Assembly: GCA_016214175.1 (NCBI GenBank)
Contig: JACRPB010000126.1
Coordinates: 1 to 46,501, forward strand
Source: Rhodocyclales bacterium
GTDB lineage: Bacteria > Pseudomonadota > Gammaproteobacteria > Burkholderiales > Rhodocyclaceae
Direction of reading: 5' to 3'
Length of the DNA: 46,501 nucleotides
The first letter of the stretch is position 1; every line of letters starts with the position of its first letter. The notes below the pieces were generated by a model. The model searched no databases and had not been told where the DNA came from. It saw nothing but the letters and a program-made list of their open reading frames with translations. Positions 18,540-27,181 of the stretch are shown here, one piece after another. Made by a program: the position numbers and the translations under genes.

Positions 18540-19541
18540 ATGTCGGCGCCAAGCTCCATCTTGTTCATCGCGGTTTCCCGCATCGGCGACAGCCTGTTCG
18601 CGACGCCGGCCATCCGCGCCGTCGCGGCCGCCTACCCAGAGGCGAGCATCACCGTCCTCGGCCACCCGAAGCGCATGGAGGTCTTCGCGGCGCTGCCCTT
18701 CGTGCAGCGGGTCGGCGCCATCACCAAGGGCGGGGCGCGCTGGCGCGGGCATCTGGGCGGCACGTCCTACGACCTTGCGTTCGTTTGCGGTTTCGACGAG
18801 TCGCTGGTGGCCTACGCCTTGCGGGTCGCGCGCCGCGTCGTCGCCTTCGCGCAGCGCGATGCAGCGCTCAACGCGCGCCTGGCGGTGGCTGTGCCAAAGC
18901 CGCCGTTCCAGAGCGAGCACGCGGTGCGCCAACTGCTGCGCCTGCCGGCGGCACTCGGCATCGCGCCCGCCGGCCTGCGCCTGGCCTATCGCGTGACGCC
19001 GGCCGAGGCCGCCGCGGCACAGCAGCGCCTGGCCCAGCTTGCCGCCGCTCATCCGCGCATCGGCTTGCAGGTGGCGAGCTTTCCGACCAAGGCCTACCGC
19101 GACTGGCCGATAGCAAATTTCGAGGAACTGTGCCGGCGCATCGTCGCGCGCTGGCCGCAGGCGCATTTCCTGATCTTCGGCGGCGCCGAGGAAAAGCAGC
19201 GCACCCACTGGCTCAAGGCGCGGCTGGGCGAACGCGCCAGTCTGTTCGCCGGCCAGTTGAGCCTGCGCGAGACGGCGGCCCTGATGGCGCAGACCGATCT
19301 CTACGTCGGCGTCGATACCGGGCCGACGCATTTGATGAGCACCTTCGACATCCCGCTCGTCGCGCTCTATCACTGTCTGTCGGGCGCGCACCTGACCGGT
19401 CCGCTCGATCATCCGCGCGCCTTCGTCGTCGACCACCCGGCGCTCGCCGCCGGCAACTGCGCGGAGACCGCGGCGATGGCGGAGATCGGCGTCGATCAGG
19501 TGTTCGCCAGCGTCGAACAGGCGCTGGACGGCTCACGATGA
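18540..19541 (+). CDS. GT9 (heptosyltransferase-family) glycosyltransferase
   Basis: The protein has 'ILFIAVSRIGDSLFATPAIRA', 'KAYRDWPIANFEELCRRI' and 'LYVGVDTGPTHLMSTFDIPLVALY'. Confidence 0.8.
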   Translation: MSAPSSILFIAVSRIGDSLFATPAIRAVAAAYPEASITVLGHPKRMEVFAALPFVQRVGAITKGGARWRGHLGGTSYDLAFVCGFDESLVAYALRVARRVVAFAQRDAALNARLAVAVPKPPFQSEHAVRQLLRLPAALGIAPAGLRLAYRVTPAEAAAAQQRLAQLAAAHPRIGLQVASFPTKAYRDWPIANFEELCRRIVARWPQAHFLIFGGAEEKQRTHWLKARLGERASLFAGQLSLRETAALMAQTDLYVGVDTGPTHLMSTFDIPLVALYHCLSGAHLTGPLDHPRAFVVDHPALAAGNCAETAAMAEIGVDQVFASVEQALDGSR

Positions 19542-20599
19542 GATTCGCCTTCGTCATGACCAATCTCGCCGGCGGCGGCGCCGAAAAAGCCGTGTTGAAG
19601 CTGGCCGACCGGCTGGTGAAGCGCGGCCACCAGGCGCAGATCGCCCTGCTCGAAAACCGCATCGAACATGCGGCGCCGGCGGCTGTCGACGTTGCCGTCG
19701 TGCCAGGGACGTTCGGCCGTGGCTGGTTCGGCAAGCGGCTGTTGGCGCGCCGGCTGGCGGCGCACCTACGGCGATCCGGCGCGCCTGACCTCGTCGTCTC
19801 GACCTTGCCCTTTGCCGACGAGGTTGCCAGCCTCGCCGGCCTGCCGCGGCACTGGTGTCGCATCGCCAATACGCTGTCGGCAGAACTCGCGAAGCTCGAC
19901 GCGACCAGTTCCGCCAAGGCCCGCCGGCGCCGTGAACGCTACCGCCGCCTCTACGGCGCCCGGCCGCTGATCGCCGTGTCGGGCGGCGTCGCCGCCGACC
20001 TGCGCGACGGCCTCGGCCTGGCCGGCCGCATCGAGACGATTCCCAATCCATTCGATTTCGCCGCGATCCGCCGCGCCGCCGCCGAACCGTGCGCGCGCCC
20101 GCAAGGCCCCTATGTCGTGCATGTCGGGCGCTTTGCGCCGCAAAAGCGCCACGACCTGCTGCTCGATGCCTGGGCCCGGGTCGACACCGGGCATACGCTG
20201 GTGCTGCTGACGGCAGCCGAGTCGCGGCTCCAGTCGATGATCGCCGCGCGCGGGCTCGCCTCGCGCGTGCATGTCGCCGGTTTCCAGGCCAATCCCTATC
20301 CGTGGATCGCCGGTGCCGACCTGCTGGTGCTGTGCTCGGACCATGAAGGATTGCCCAACGTGCTGATCGAAGCTCTGGCCTGCGGCACGCCGGCACTGTC
20401 GACCGACTGCCCGTCGGGACCGCGCGAAATCCTTGCCGCCTGTCCGGACTGCCTTGTCCCCTGCAGCGATGCGCCGGCGCTGGCGGCGGCGATTGACCGC
20501 TGCCTGGCGGCGCCGCCCGACCTCGCGCGCGTCGATCTCGCCGCCTACGATGCCGACGCCGTCGCTGCCGCCTACGAGCGACTGGCGGAGGAGCGCTGA
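19538..20599 (+). CDS. GT4 glycosyltransferase
   Basis: The protein has 'MRFAFVMTNLAGGGAEKAVLKLA', 'VGRFAPQKRHDLLLDA' and 'HEGLPNVLIEALACGTPALSTDC'. The start forms an ATGA overlap with the upstream gene. Confidence 0.82.
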   Translation: MRFAFVMTNLAGGGAEKAVLKLADRLVKRGHQAQIALLENRIEHAAPAAVDVAVVPGTFGRGWFGKRLLARRLAAHLRRSGAPDLVVSTLPFADEVASLAGLPRHWCRIANTLSAELAKLDATSSAKARRRRERYRRLYGARPLIAVSGGVAADLRDGLGLAGRIETIPNPFDFAAIRRAAAEPCARPQGPYVVHVGRFAPQKRHDLLLDAWARVDTGHTLVLLTAAESRLQSMIAARGLASRVHVAGFQANPYPWIAGADLLVLCSDHEGLPNVLIEALACGTPALSTDCPSGPREILAACPDCLVPCSDAPALAAAIDRCLAAPPDLARVDLAAYDADAVAAAYERLAEER

Positions 20600-20601
20600 T
20601 C

Positions 20602-22446
20602 ATGTGCGGCATTCTCGGCTTCGTCGGCACTCCCTGGCGCGCGCATGCGGCGGCGGCGCTCGCCACGCTGGGCACGCGCGGTCCGGACGCGCAGTCGACG
20701 CTCGACCTCGGCCAGGTCGTCTTCGGCCACGCGCGCCTGGCGGTGATCGACCTCGCCGGCGGGCAGCAGCCGATGCGCTCGGCCGACGGCCGCTACGCCA
20801 TCGTCTTCAACGGCGAAATCTACAATTTCGCTGCGCTGCGCCGCGAGCTGGAAACGCTCGGCCATGTTTTCGCCACGCGCTCCGACACCGAAATCCTGCT
20901 GCACGGCTACGCCGCCTGGGGCGAAGGGCTGCTGGCGCGGCTCGACGGCATGTTCGCCTTCGCGATCTGGGACGCGCAGGCGCGCCGCCTGTTTGCCGCG
21001 CGTGATCCGCTCGGCATCAAGCCGTTGATGTACGCCGCCGTCGACGGCGGCCTCGTCTTCGCCTCGACCCTGGCGCCGTTTCTCGCCCTGCCGGATTTTC
21101 CGCGCCACCTCGATTACGAGGCCCTGCGCGACTACCTGGCCTGCCAGGCCGTGCACTCGCCGCACACCATGCTGCGCGAGGTGCGCCAGTTGCCGCCGGC
21201 GAGCCTGCTGACTTTCGCCGCCGACCGCGGCGCCGCGCAAGTCCGGCGCTACTGGCAGCCGCCGGCGCCGGGCGACGCAGCGCCCAATGCCGCCGCGGCG
21301 CTGGAACAGGTGGACGCGGCGATCCGGGAAAGCGTGCGGCGCCAGATGGTCGCCGACGTGCCGCTGGGCGCCTTTCTGTCCGGCGGCATCGACTCCGGAC
21401 TGATGGTGCATTACATGGCCGCGGCGGGCGTGCATCCGCTCAAGACCTTCAACATCCGCTTCCCCCAGGCCGGCTTCGACGAGACGCCGGCCGCGCGTGC
21501 GGTGGCGGAACGCTATGGCGCCGACCATACGGTCATCGACGCTCCCACCATCGACGCCGATGCCTTCGCCGCCGCGGTCGCCGACCTCGACCAGCCCCTG
21601 GCCGATCCGGCCTATGTCGCCACTCACGAGCTGTCGCGCCTGACGCGCCAGGGCGTCACCGTGGCCATCAGCGGCGACGGCGGCGACGAACTGTTCGCCG
21701 GCTACCCGCGTTTCGCCGTCACCGCGGACCGCTTTCCGGACAGCGTTCCGCGACGCCTGCTGCGCGCCGGCGTGCGCGGCGGCTGGCTGCCCGGCAGCCT
21801 GCTGCGCCGCGGCTTGGCCGGGCAGGAGATGATGCTCTACCGGCAAGTCGAACTGGGTCCCTTCGCCCATTCGCGCAAGGATCTGGCGACCTACCTGCGT
21901 CCCGCCGCGCTCGCCGCCGCCCATCCGGCGGCGACGCTCGAACTGTGGCGCACGCTCGCCACCGCCTACGGCCGCGACATGGACACGGCCAGCCTGATGC
22001 GCGCCGACCTGTGGACCTATCTGTCCGAGGATTGCCTGGTCAAGACCGACCGCGCCAGCATGGCCCACGGCCTCGAAGTGCGCGTGCCTTTGCTCGGCCG
22101 CCCGGTGGTGGATGCGGTGCTGGAGTGGCCGGCTGCGCTGCATTACGATGCCGGCGGCGGCAAGGCGCTCTTGCGCGCGCTGGCTCGCCGCCATCTGCCC
22201 GAAGCGGTGTGGAACCGGCCCAAGCACGGCTTCTCGGTACCCCTGCAAGACTACTTCAACGGCCAATGGCGCCCAGCCTGCGAGCACTACCTGGGGCGCT
22301 GCCGCGAACTGGCGCCCTTCCTCGACGCCGACGCGGTGGACCGGCTGTGGCGGGCGGCGCAGCAGGGCAAGGCGTCGCGGCGCCTCGCCTACACCTTCGT
22401 CGTGCTGCTGATCTGGCTGGCCCACCACGACGTCAAGGCCGACTAG
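20602..22446 (+). CDS. Asparagine synthase (glutamine-hydrolysing)-family amidotransferase, glycan-cluster type
   Basis: 614 aa. The N-terminal nucleophile is in 'MCGILGF', followed by 'NGEIYNF' and the PP-loop 'SGGIDS'. Confidence 0.88.
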   Translation: MCGILGFVGTPWRAHAAAALATLGTRGPDAQSTLDLGQVVFGHARLAVIDLAGGQQPMRSADGRYAIVFNGEIYNFAALRRELETLGHVFATRSDTEILLHGYAAWGEGLLARLDGMFAFAIWDAQARRLFAARDPLGIKPLMYAAVDGGLVFASTLAPFLALPDFPRHLDYEALRDYLACQAVHSPHTMLREVRQLPPASLLTFAADRGAAQVRRYWQPPAPGDAAPNAAAALEQVDAAIRESVRRQMVADVPLGAFLSGGIDSGLMVHYMAAAGVHPLKTFNIRFPQAGFDETPAARAVAERYGADHTVIDAPTIDADAFAAAVADLDQPLADPAYVATHELSRLTRQGVTVAISGDGGDELFAGYPRFAVTADRFPDSVPRRLLRAGVRGGWLPGSLLRRGLAGQEMMLYRQVELGPFAHSRKDLATYLRPAALAAAHPAATLELWRTLATAYGRDMDTASLMRADLWTYLSEDCLVKTDRASMAHGLEVRVPLLGRPVVDAVLEWPAALHYDAGGGKALLRALARRHLPEAVWNRPKHGFSVPLQDYFNGQWRPACEHYLGRCRELAPFLDADAVDRLWRAAQQGKASRRLAYTFVVLLIWLAHHDVKAD

Positions 22447-22460
22447 GGGGAATCGCGACC

Positions 22461-23435
22461 ATGGCGCCCGTCAAATTGTCCGTCATCGTGCCGGTGTACA
22501 ACGCCCTGTCCTTCGTCGCCAACTGCCTCGACAGCGTCCTGGCGCAGGGGCTGCCGAACATGGAGATACTTTGCATCGACGACGGCTCGACCGACGGCAG
22601 TGCGGCGATCCTGGACGACTATGCGGCGCGCCATCCCGCGCTGTGTCGCGTCGAGCACCGGGCCAACGGCGGCGCCTCGGTCGCCCGCAATGCCGGCCTG
22701 GACGCCTGCCGCGGCCAATACATCGCTTTCGTCGATGCCGACGACTGGATCGCGCCGGACTTTCTCGGCCGCCTGCTCGACCTCGCGCTGCGCCACGACC
22801 TCGACATGGCGCACGGCAACGGCATCTTCCATTTCGAAGGCCGGCAGGCCGATTACCCGATTTATGCGCTCGACCTGCCGCCGGATGTCATGCCGGGCCG
22901 CGAGGCGATGCGGCGGCGCTTGGGCAAGCGGGCCTTCCTGCACTACCCGGTGTTGCAGGTCTATCGCCGCGCCTTCGTCGAGCGTGTCGGGCTGCGGTTC
23001 ATCCCGGGCCGTCTGCACGAGGACGTGCTGTGGACGACGCAGGCCTTCCTGCAAGCCGACAGCGTCGCCTACGACGGGCAACCCGGCTACTTCTACCGCC
23101 GCCAGCCGCGCACTGCCCCGGCGACGGCAGAGGGGCGCGACGCCGCCCTGCGCGACCAGATCGAAAGCGCGGCCGCCAATGCCGTCGGCTTGAGCGAACT
23201 GATGGCGACCATCGCCGGCGATGCGGAACTGCATCGGCTGATGGGCTGGCAAGTCGTCGACGGCGCCTTGTCGATATTCCACATGTTGCCGCGGATCGCG
23301 GCGCCCGGCCTGAAGCGCCAGGTCTACCGGCAGTTGCGCGCCACGGGCTTCTTCGGGCTGCTCTGGCGCCACGCCGTCGACGCGGCGCAGCGGCGGCGCA
23401 TCGCCAAGACCTGGCTCAGGAGCTGGTTCTCATGA
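22461..23435 (+). CDS. GT2 glycosyltransferase
   Basis: 'LSVIVPVYNALSFVANCLDSVLAQ...ILCIDDGSTDGS...ARNAGLDACRGQYIAFVDADDW' is the classic GT-A family 2 N-terminus with a DxD motif. Confidence 0.88.
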   Translation: MAPVKLSVIVPVYNALSFVANCLDSVLAQGLPNMEILCIDDGSTDGSAAILDDYAARHPALCRVEHRANGGASVARNAGLDACRGQYIAFVDADDWIAPDFLGRLLDLALRHDLDMAHGNGIFHFEGRQADYPIYALDLPPDVMPGREAMRRRLGKRAFLHYPVLQVYRRAFVERVGLRFIPGRLHEDVLWTTQAFLQADSVAYDGQPGYFYRRQPRTAPATAEGRDAALRDQIESAAANAVGLSELMATIAGDAELHRLMGWQVVDGALSIFHMLPRIAAPGLKRQVYRQLRATGFFGLLWRHAVDAAQRRRIAKTWLRSWFS

Positions 23436-24604
23436 TCACTTGTTACCAAGTCAACTTGCGCGACGGCTGGGGCGGCGCCGAGGTCTACACAGCGTCCTTC
23501 ACGCGCGCGCTGCTGGCGGCGGGCGTGCCGACGACCTTGTTCGTCCATCCGGACAGCCCCTACTGGAAGGACCTGCTGCCGCAAGGCTGCGCGATCATTC
23601 CGGCGCGCGATTACGGCGAGCTGCTGCCGCACCTGCCCGACGCCTCCTGGCTGCTGTTCCAGACGCCGATCTACGCGGCGCAGGCCGTGCCCTTCCGCCA
23701 ACGCGGGCACTTCCTTACCAGCGTCGCCCACATGACCCTGTTCGGGCGCTCGCCGGCCGTCCTCAATCACCTCGACTGGATCGCCGGCGACTCCCAGTAT
23801 GTGCTGGACAGTCTCGCGGCGGCGGGCATCACCCAGTTCCACGCCGAGCCGCTGTGGGGCATCGCCGAACTCAAGACGCGCATGGGTGGCGCCGACCAGC
23901 CCATCGTCGCCAACTGCCCATACGGCTGGGACCCGCGCAAGGTGCGCGATCGCCTGCTGAGCTGGCTCTATCCCTACTACGAGCGCCTGCTGCCGCGCCG
24001 GCCCTACGTGCGCCGGCCGGGCATCACCCTCGGTATCGTTTCGCGCCTCGCCGACCCCAAGCAGTTTCCGCTGCTGCTCGGACACATCGCACCGATCTTG
24101 GCGCGCCATCCGCAGATCAACCTCGAAATCTTCGGCGACGGCGGTTATGCGACGGTGCGCGACATGCGCCGGGCCCTGGCGCCCATGCGCGGGCGCGTCC
24201 GCTTCTGGGGTTATCAGCAATACGTCGGCGCCGTCTATCGGCAGATCGACTACCTGCTGGCCGGCCTGCCCGAAAAGGAGGCGTTCGGCCTGAACCTGGT
24301 CGAGGCGGAAATTTGCGGCACGCCGGTCCTGGCCGTCAACGCCCCGCCCTTCGTCGAAACCGTCGCGGACGGCGTGACCGGCTTCCTGTACGAAGACCCG
24401 CGCCAGGACGGCGGCGCCGGCTTCGCCAGACTCGTCGAGCGGCTCCTACGCCGGCCATTCAAGCTAGAATCCGCGTCTGCCGCCGCATATCTAGAGCGAT
24501 TTTCCGAAGCTGCCTACCACGAACGTGTTGCCCGCTTCGTCGAATCGACGCTGCGCGTCAAATCCAGTTTCCACTCCATCCCCCTACAGGAACCGATGCG
24601 ATGA
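23432..24604 (+). CDS. GT4-like glycosyltransferase, paralog A
   Basis: The protein has 'CYQVNLRDGWGGAEVYTASFTRAL', 'LGIVSRLADPKQFPLL' and 'EKEAFGLNLVEAEICGTPVLAV'. It is collinear over its full length with the product of 34329..35483. The start forms an ATGA overlap with the upstream gene. Confidence 0.7.
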   Translation: MITCYQVNLRDGWGGAEVYTASFTRALLAAGVPTTLFVHPDSPYWKDLLPQGCAIIPARDYGELLPHLPDASWLLFQTPIYAAQAVPFRQRGHFLTSVAHMTLFGRSPAVLNHLDWIAGDSQYVLDSLAAAGITQFHAEPLWGIAELKTRMGGADQPIVANCPYGWDPRKVRDRLLSWLYPYYERLLPRRPYVRRPGITLGIVSRLADPKQFPLLLGHIAPILARHPQINLEIFGDGGYATVRDMRRALAPMRGRVRFWGYQQYVGAVYRQIDYLLAGLPEKEAFGLNLVEAEICGTPVLAVNAPPFVETVADGVTGFLYEDPRQDGGAGFARLVERLLRRPFKLESASAAAYLERFSEAAYHERVARFVESTLRVKSSFHSIPLQEPMR

Positions 24605-26367
24605 CTATTGTCCTGGGAATTTCTTCCACGACCCACGACACCTCGGCGGCGTTGTTCGTTAATGGCAAGCTGGTCGCGGCAATATCTGAAGAACGCCTGT
24701 CGCGCATCAAGGGTGACGGCAAGGGCCTGCCGCAGCGTTCCATCGATTGCGTGCTACGCCTGGCGGGCTTCCGCCGCCGCGACGTCGATGGCATCGGGCT
24801 AATGATGGGCTTCGTCCCCGAGCGCTACATCGCCTATCCCGACAAGTTGAAGGACATGCGCCGGACCGTGTCGCGCGGCTGGCGCCAAGTGCGCGGGAAG
24901 CCGGCCAAACTCACCGAACTGTCTTCGCTGTTGCCGCTGCTGGCCGGCGGTGCCAACGACATCGAAGCGGCGTTGCGCAAGGATGTTTTCCTGGCGCAGG
25001 AAGGTTTCCGCGCCGACGCCGAAGTGCGCATCTATGCGCATCACCGCGTCCATGCGGCGCTGGCCGGCTATTACTCCGGCGCCAGCGAATGCGCGGTCGT
25101 CACCGTCGATGGCGTCGGCGATCGCGACGAGTCCCACGCCTCGTGGCACTACGCGCAAGGGAAGCTCGATTGCCTGCACGAGTCGACCGGGCTCGACAAT
25201 TCGGCCGGCCTGTTTTACGAGGCCATCACCAAGCAGCTCGGCTTCCGGCCGCTGCGCCACGAAGGCAAGGTGCTCGGCCTGGCGGCTTTCGGCAACCCCG
25301 ACGTGCTCTACAACGACTTCCGGCGCGCGCTGTACCTGTCGGCCGACGGCCTTGCGCTGAAGTCGGACTTCGATGTCGGCGGCTCCGGCCGCGGCACGCG
25401 CTACGATTACCTGAAAGGCTTCGTCGACACGCATACGCGCGAGGAGGTCGCCGCGGCGGCGCAGAAAGTGCTGGAGGATGCCGTCGTCCCCTTGGTCAGC
25501 AAGGTCCTCGCCCGCACCGGCCAGAACCGGGTCGCGCTCAACGGTGGGGTCTTTGCCAACGTCAAGCTGAACCAGCGCATCGCCGCCTTGCCGGGCGTCG
25601 AGTCGGTGTTCGTGTTTCCGGCCATGAGCGATACCGGCAACAGCGTCGGCGCCGCCCTGCTGCTGGCGAGCCAGTATCAGCCGGCCTTGCTGGCCGACCA
25701 TCCGCCGCTGCGCGACGTCTATCTCGGCCCGGGCTACAGCGATGCGGAAATCCACACCGAACTGGCGCGCGCCGGTCTGGCCGGCGAATGCTTGAGCCCG
25801 GACGACCTGGTGGAACGCACCGCGCAGGCGATCCACGACGGCATCGTCGTCGGCTGGTTCCAGGGGCGCATGGAATTCGGGCCGCGCGCCTTGGGCAACC
25901 GTAGCATGATCGCGCGCCCGACCGACGCCGCCATCAACAAGTCCCTCAACGACCGCCTGGAGCGGACCGAGTTCATGCCCTTCGCGCCGAGCGTGCTGGC
26001 CGAGGCGGCCGACGACATCTTCTTCGGCGTTTCCAACGTCAGCCACACGGCGGAGTTCATGACTATCACCCTCGACGTCAAACCTGAGTGGCGCAGCCGC
26101 ATTCCGGCGGTGGTGCACGTCGATGGCACGGCGCGGCCGCAACTGGTGCGGCCGGACCGCAATCCGCTCTATCACCGCGTCATCGCGCGTTACCACAAGC
26201 TGTCGGGAATCCCGCTGGTCCTGAATACGAGCTTCAATGCCCACGAGGAGCCCATCGTGTGCAGTCCGGCCGAAGCCATTCGCGCCCTGGTCGACGATCG
26301 CATCGACGCCTTGGCGATCGGCAGCTTCTGGGTCGCCAATCCCAAGACGGCCACCGCGAAATCATGA
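24601..26367 (+). CDS. NodU/CmcH-family carbamoyltransferase
   Basis: 588 aa with 'ILGISSTTHDTSAALFVNGKLVAAISEERLSRIK', 'GGVFANVKLN' and 'GRMEFGPRALGNRS...RTEFMPFAPS...HVDGTARPQ...NTSFN'. Confidence 0.88.
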   Translation: MTIVLGISSTTHDTSAALFVNGKLVAAISEERLSRIKGDGKGLPQRSIDCVLRLAGFRRRDVDGIGLMMGFVPERYIAYPDKLKDMRRTVSRGWRQVRGKPAKLTELSSLLPLLAGGANDIEAALRKDVFLAQEGFRADAEVRIYAHHRVHAALAGYYSGASECAVVTVDGVGDRDESHASWHYAQGKLDCLHESTGLDNSAGLFYEAITKQLGFRPLRHEGKVLGLAAFGNPDVLYNDFRRALYLSADGLALKSDFDVGGSGRGTRYDYLKGFVDTHTREEVAAAAQKVLEDAVVPLVSKVLARTGQNRVALNGGVFANVKLNQRIAALPGVESVFVFPAMSDTGNSVGAALLLASQYQPALLADHPPLRDVYLGPGYSDAEIHTELARAGLAGECLSPDDLVERTAQAIHDGIVVGWFQGRMEFGPRALGNRSMIARPTDAAINKSLNDRLERTEFMPFAPSVLAEAADDIFFGVSNVSHTAEFMTITLDVKPEWRSRIPAVVHVDGTARPQLVRPDRNPLYHRVIARYHKLSGIPLVLNTSFNAHEEPIVCSPAEAIRALVDDRIDALAIGSFWVANPKTATAKS

Positions 26368-27149
26368 GCGGCCTGGCTGCCAGCGTGCGGACGGCTCTGA
26401 CCGGCGCCTATTATTCGATCAAGGCGACGAAGAAGGAGAAGCGGCTGATCCGGGTTGCCTACGACGGCCAGGACTGGGTGCACCGCTGGCGCGCGGGTGG
26501 ATTCGTCTCGCCGCGGCCGCTGAAGCGGCCGGTCTTCGAATGCACGACGTCGATTCCGCTGTTCACCTACGCCTACCGGCCGCAGCCGGGGGATACGATC
26601 CTCGACGTCGGCGCCGGCGTCGGCACCGAATTGCAGGCGTTTTCGGAGATGGTGGGCCCCGGCGGACGCGTGATCGCGATCGAGGCCGATCCCACCGCCT
26701 ACCGCTGTCTGGAGAAGTTGTGCCGCTTGCTGGGGCTCGCCAATGTCACGCTCGTCAGAAGCGCGATCGGCGATTTCGAGGGTGTGGCGCACCTGACCCA
26801 GGACGATGGCGGTGCCATCACCAACATGCTGGCGAGCGACCGCCGGAACGGCGCCATCGAGGTCCCGATGACGACCCTCGATAGCCTCGTCAAGAAGCAA
26901 GGGCTCGAACGCATCGACTTTCTGAAAATGAATATCGAAGGCGCGGAAGTGCCCGCACTCAAGGCCTTCGTCGAGCGCGCGGATAGCGTCAGGCATTGGT
27001 GCATCAGCTGCCACGATTTCATGGGCAAGCCGGAGTGCTGCACTTTCGACTTCGTGAACCAGTGGCTGTCGGATCGCGGCCTGGCCATCAGCCGCCATCC
27101 CGACGTTCCGGGCAGCCCCTGGATGGGCTACTACTTGTTCGCGCATTGA
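26364..27149 (+). CDS. FkbM-family methyltransferase
   Basis: The protein has 'ILDVGAGVGTE', 'VIAIEADPTAY' and 'IDFLKMNIEGAEVPAL'. The start forms an ATGA overlap with the upstream gene. Confidence 0.8.
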   Translation: MSGLAASVRTALTGAYYSIKATKKEKRLIRVAYDGQDWVHRWRAGGFVSPRPLKRPVFECTTSIPLFTYAYRPQPGDTILDVGAGVGTELQAFSEMVGPGGRVIAIEADPTAYRCLEKLCRLLGLANVTLVRSAIGDFEGVAHLTQDDGGAITNMLASDRRNGAIEVPMTTLDSLVKKQGLERIDFLKMNIEGAEVPALKAFVERADSVRHWCISCHDFMGKPECCTFDFVNQWLSDRGLAISRHPDVPGSPWMGYYLFAH

Positions 27150-27181
27150 GTCTGCCCCGGACTTCCGCCGCCGCCTGGTAA

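Noticed and set aside
20572-22428. 618-aa minus-strand ORF opposite the asparagine synthase-like gene
   Set aside because: It is a shadow ORF with no motifs, and the sense gene is well supported.
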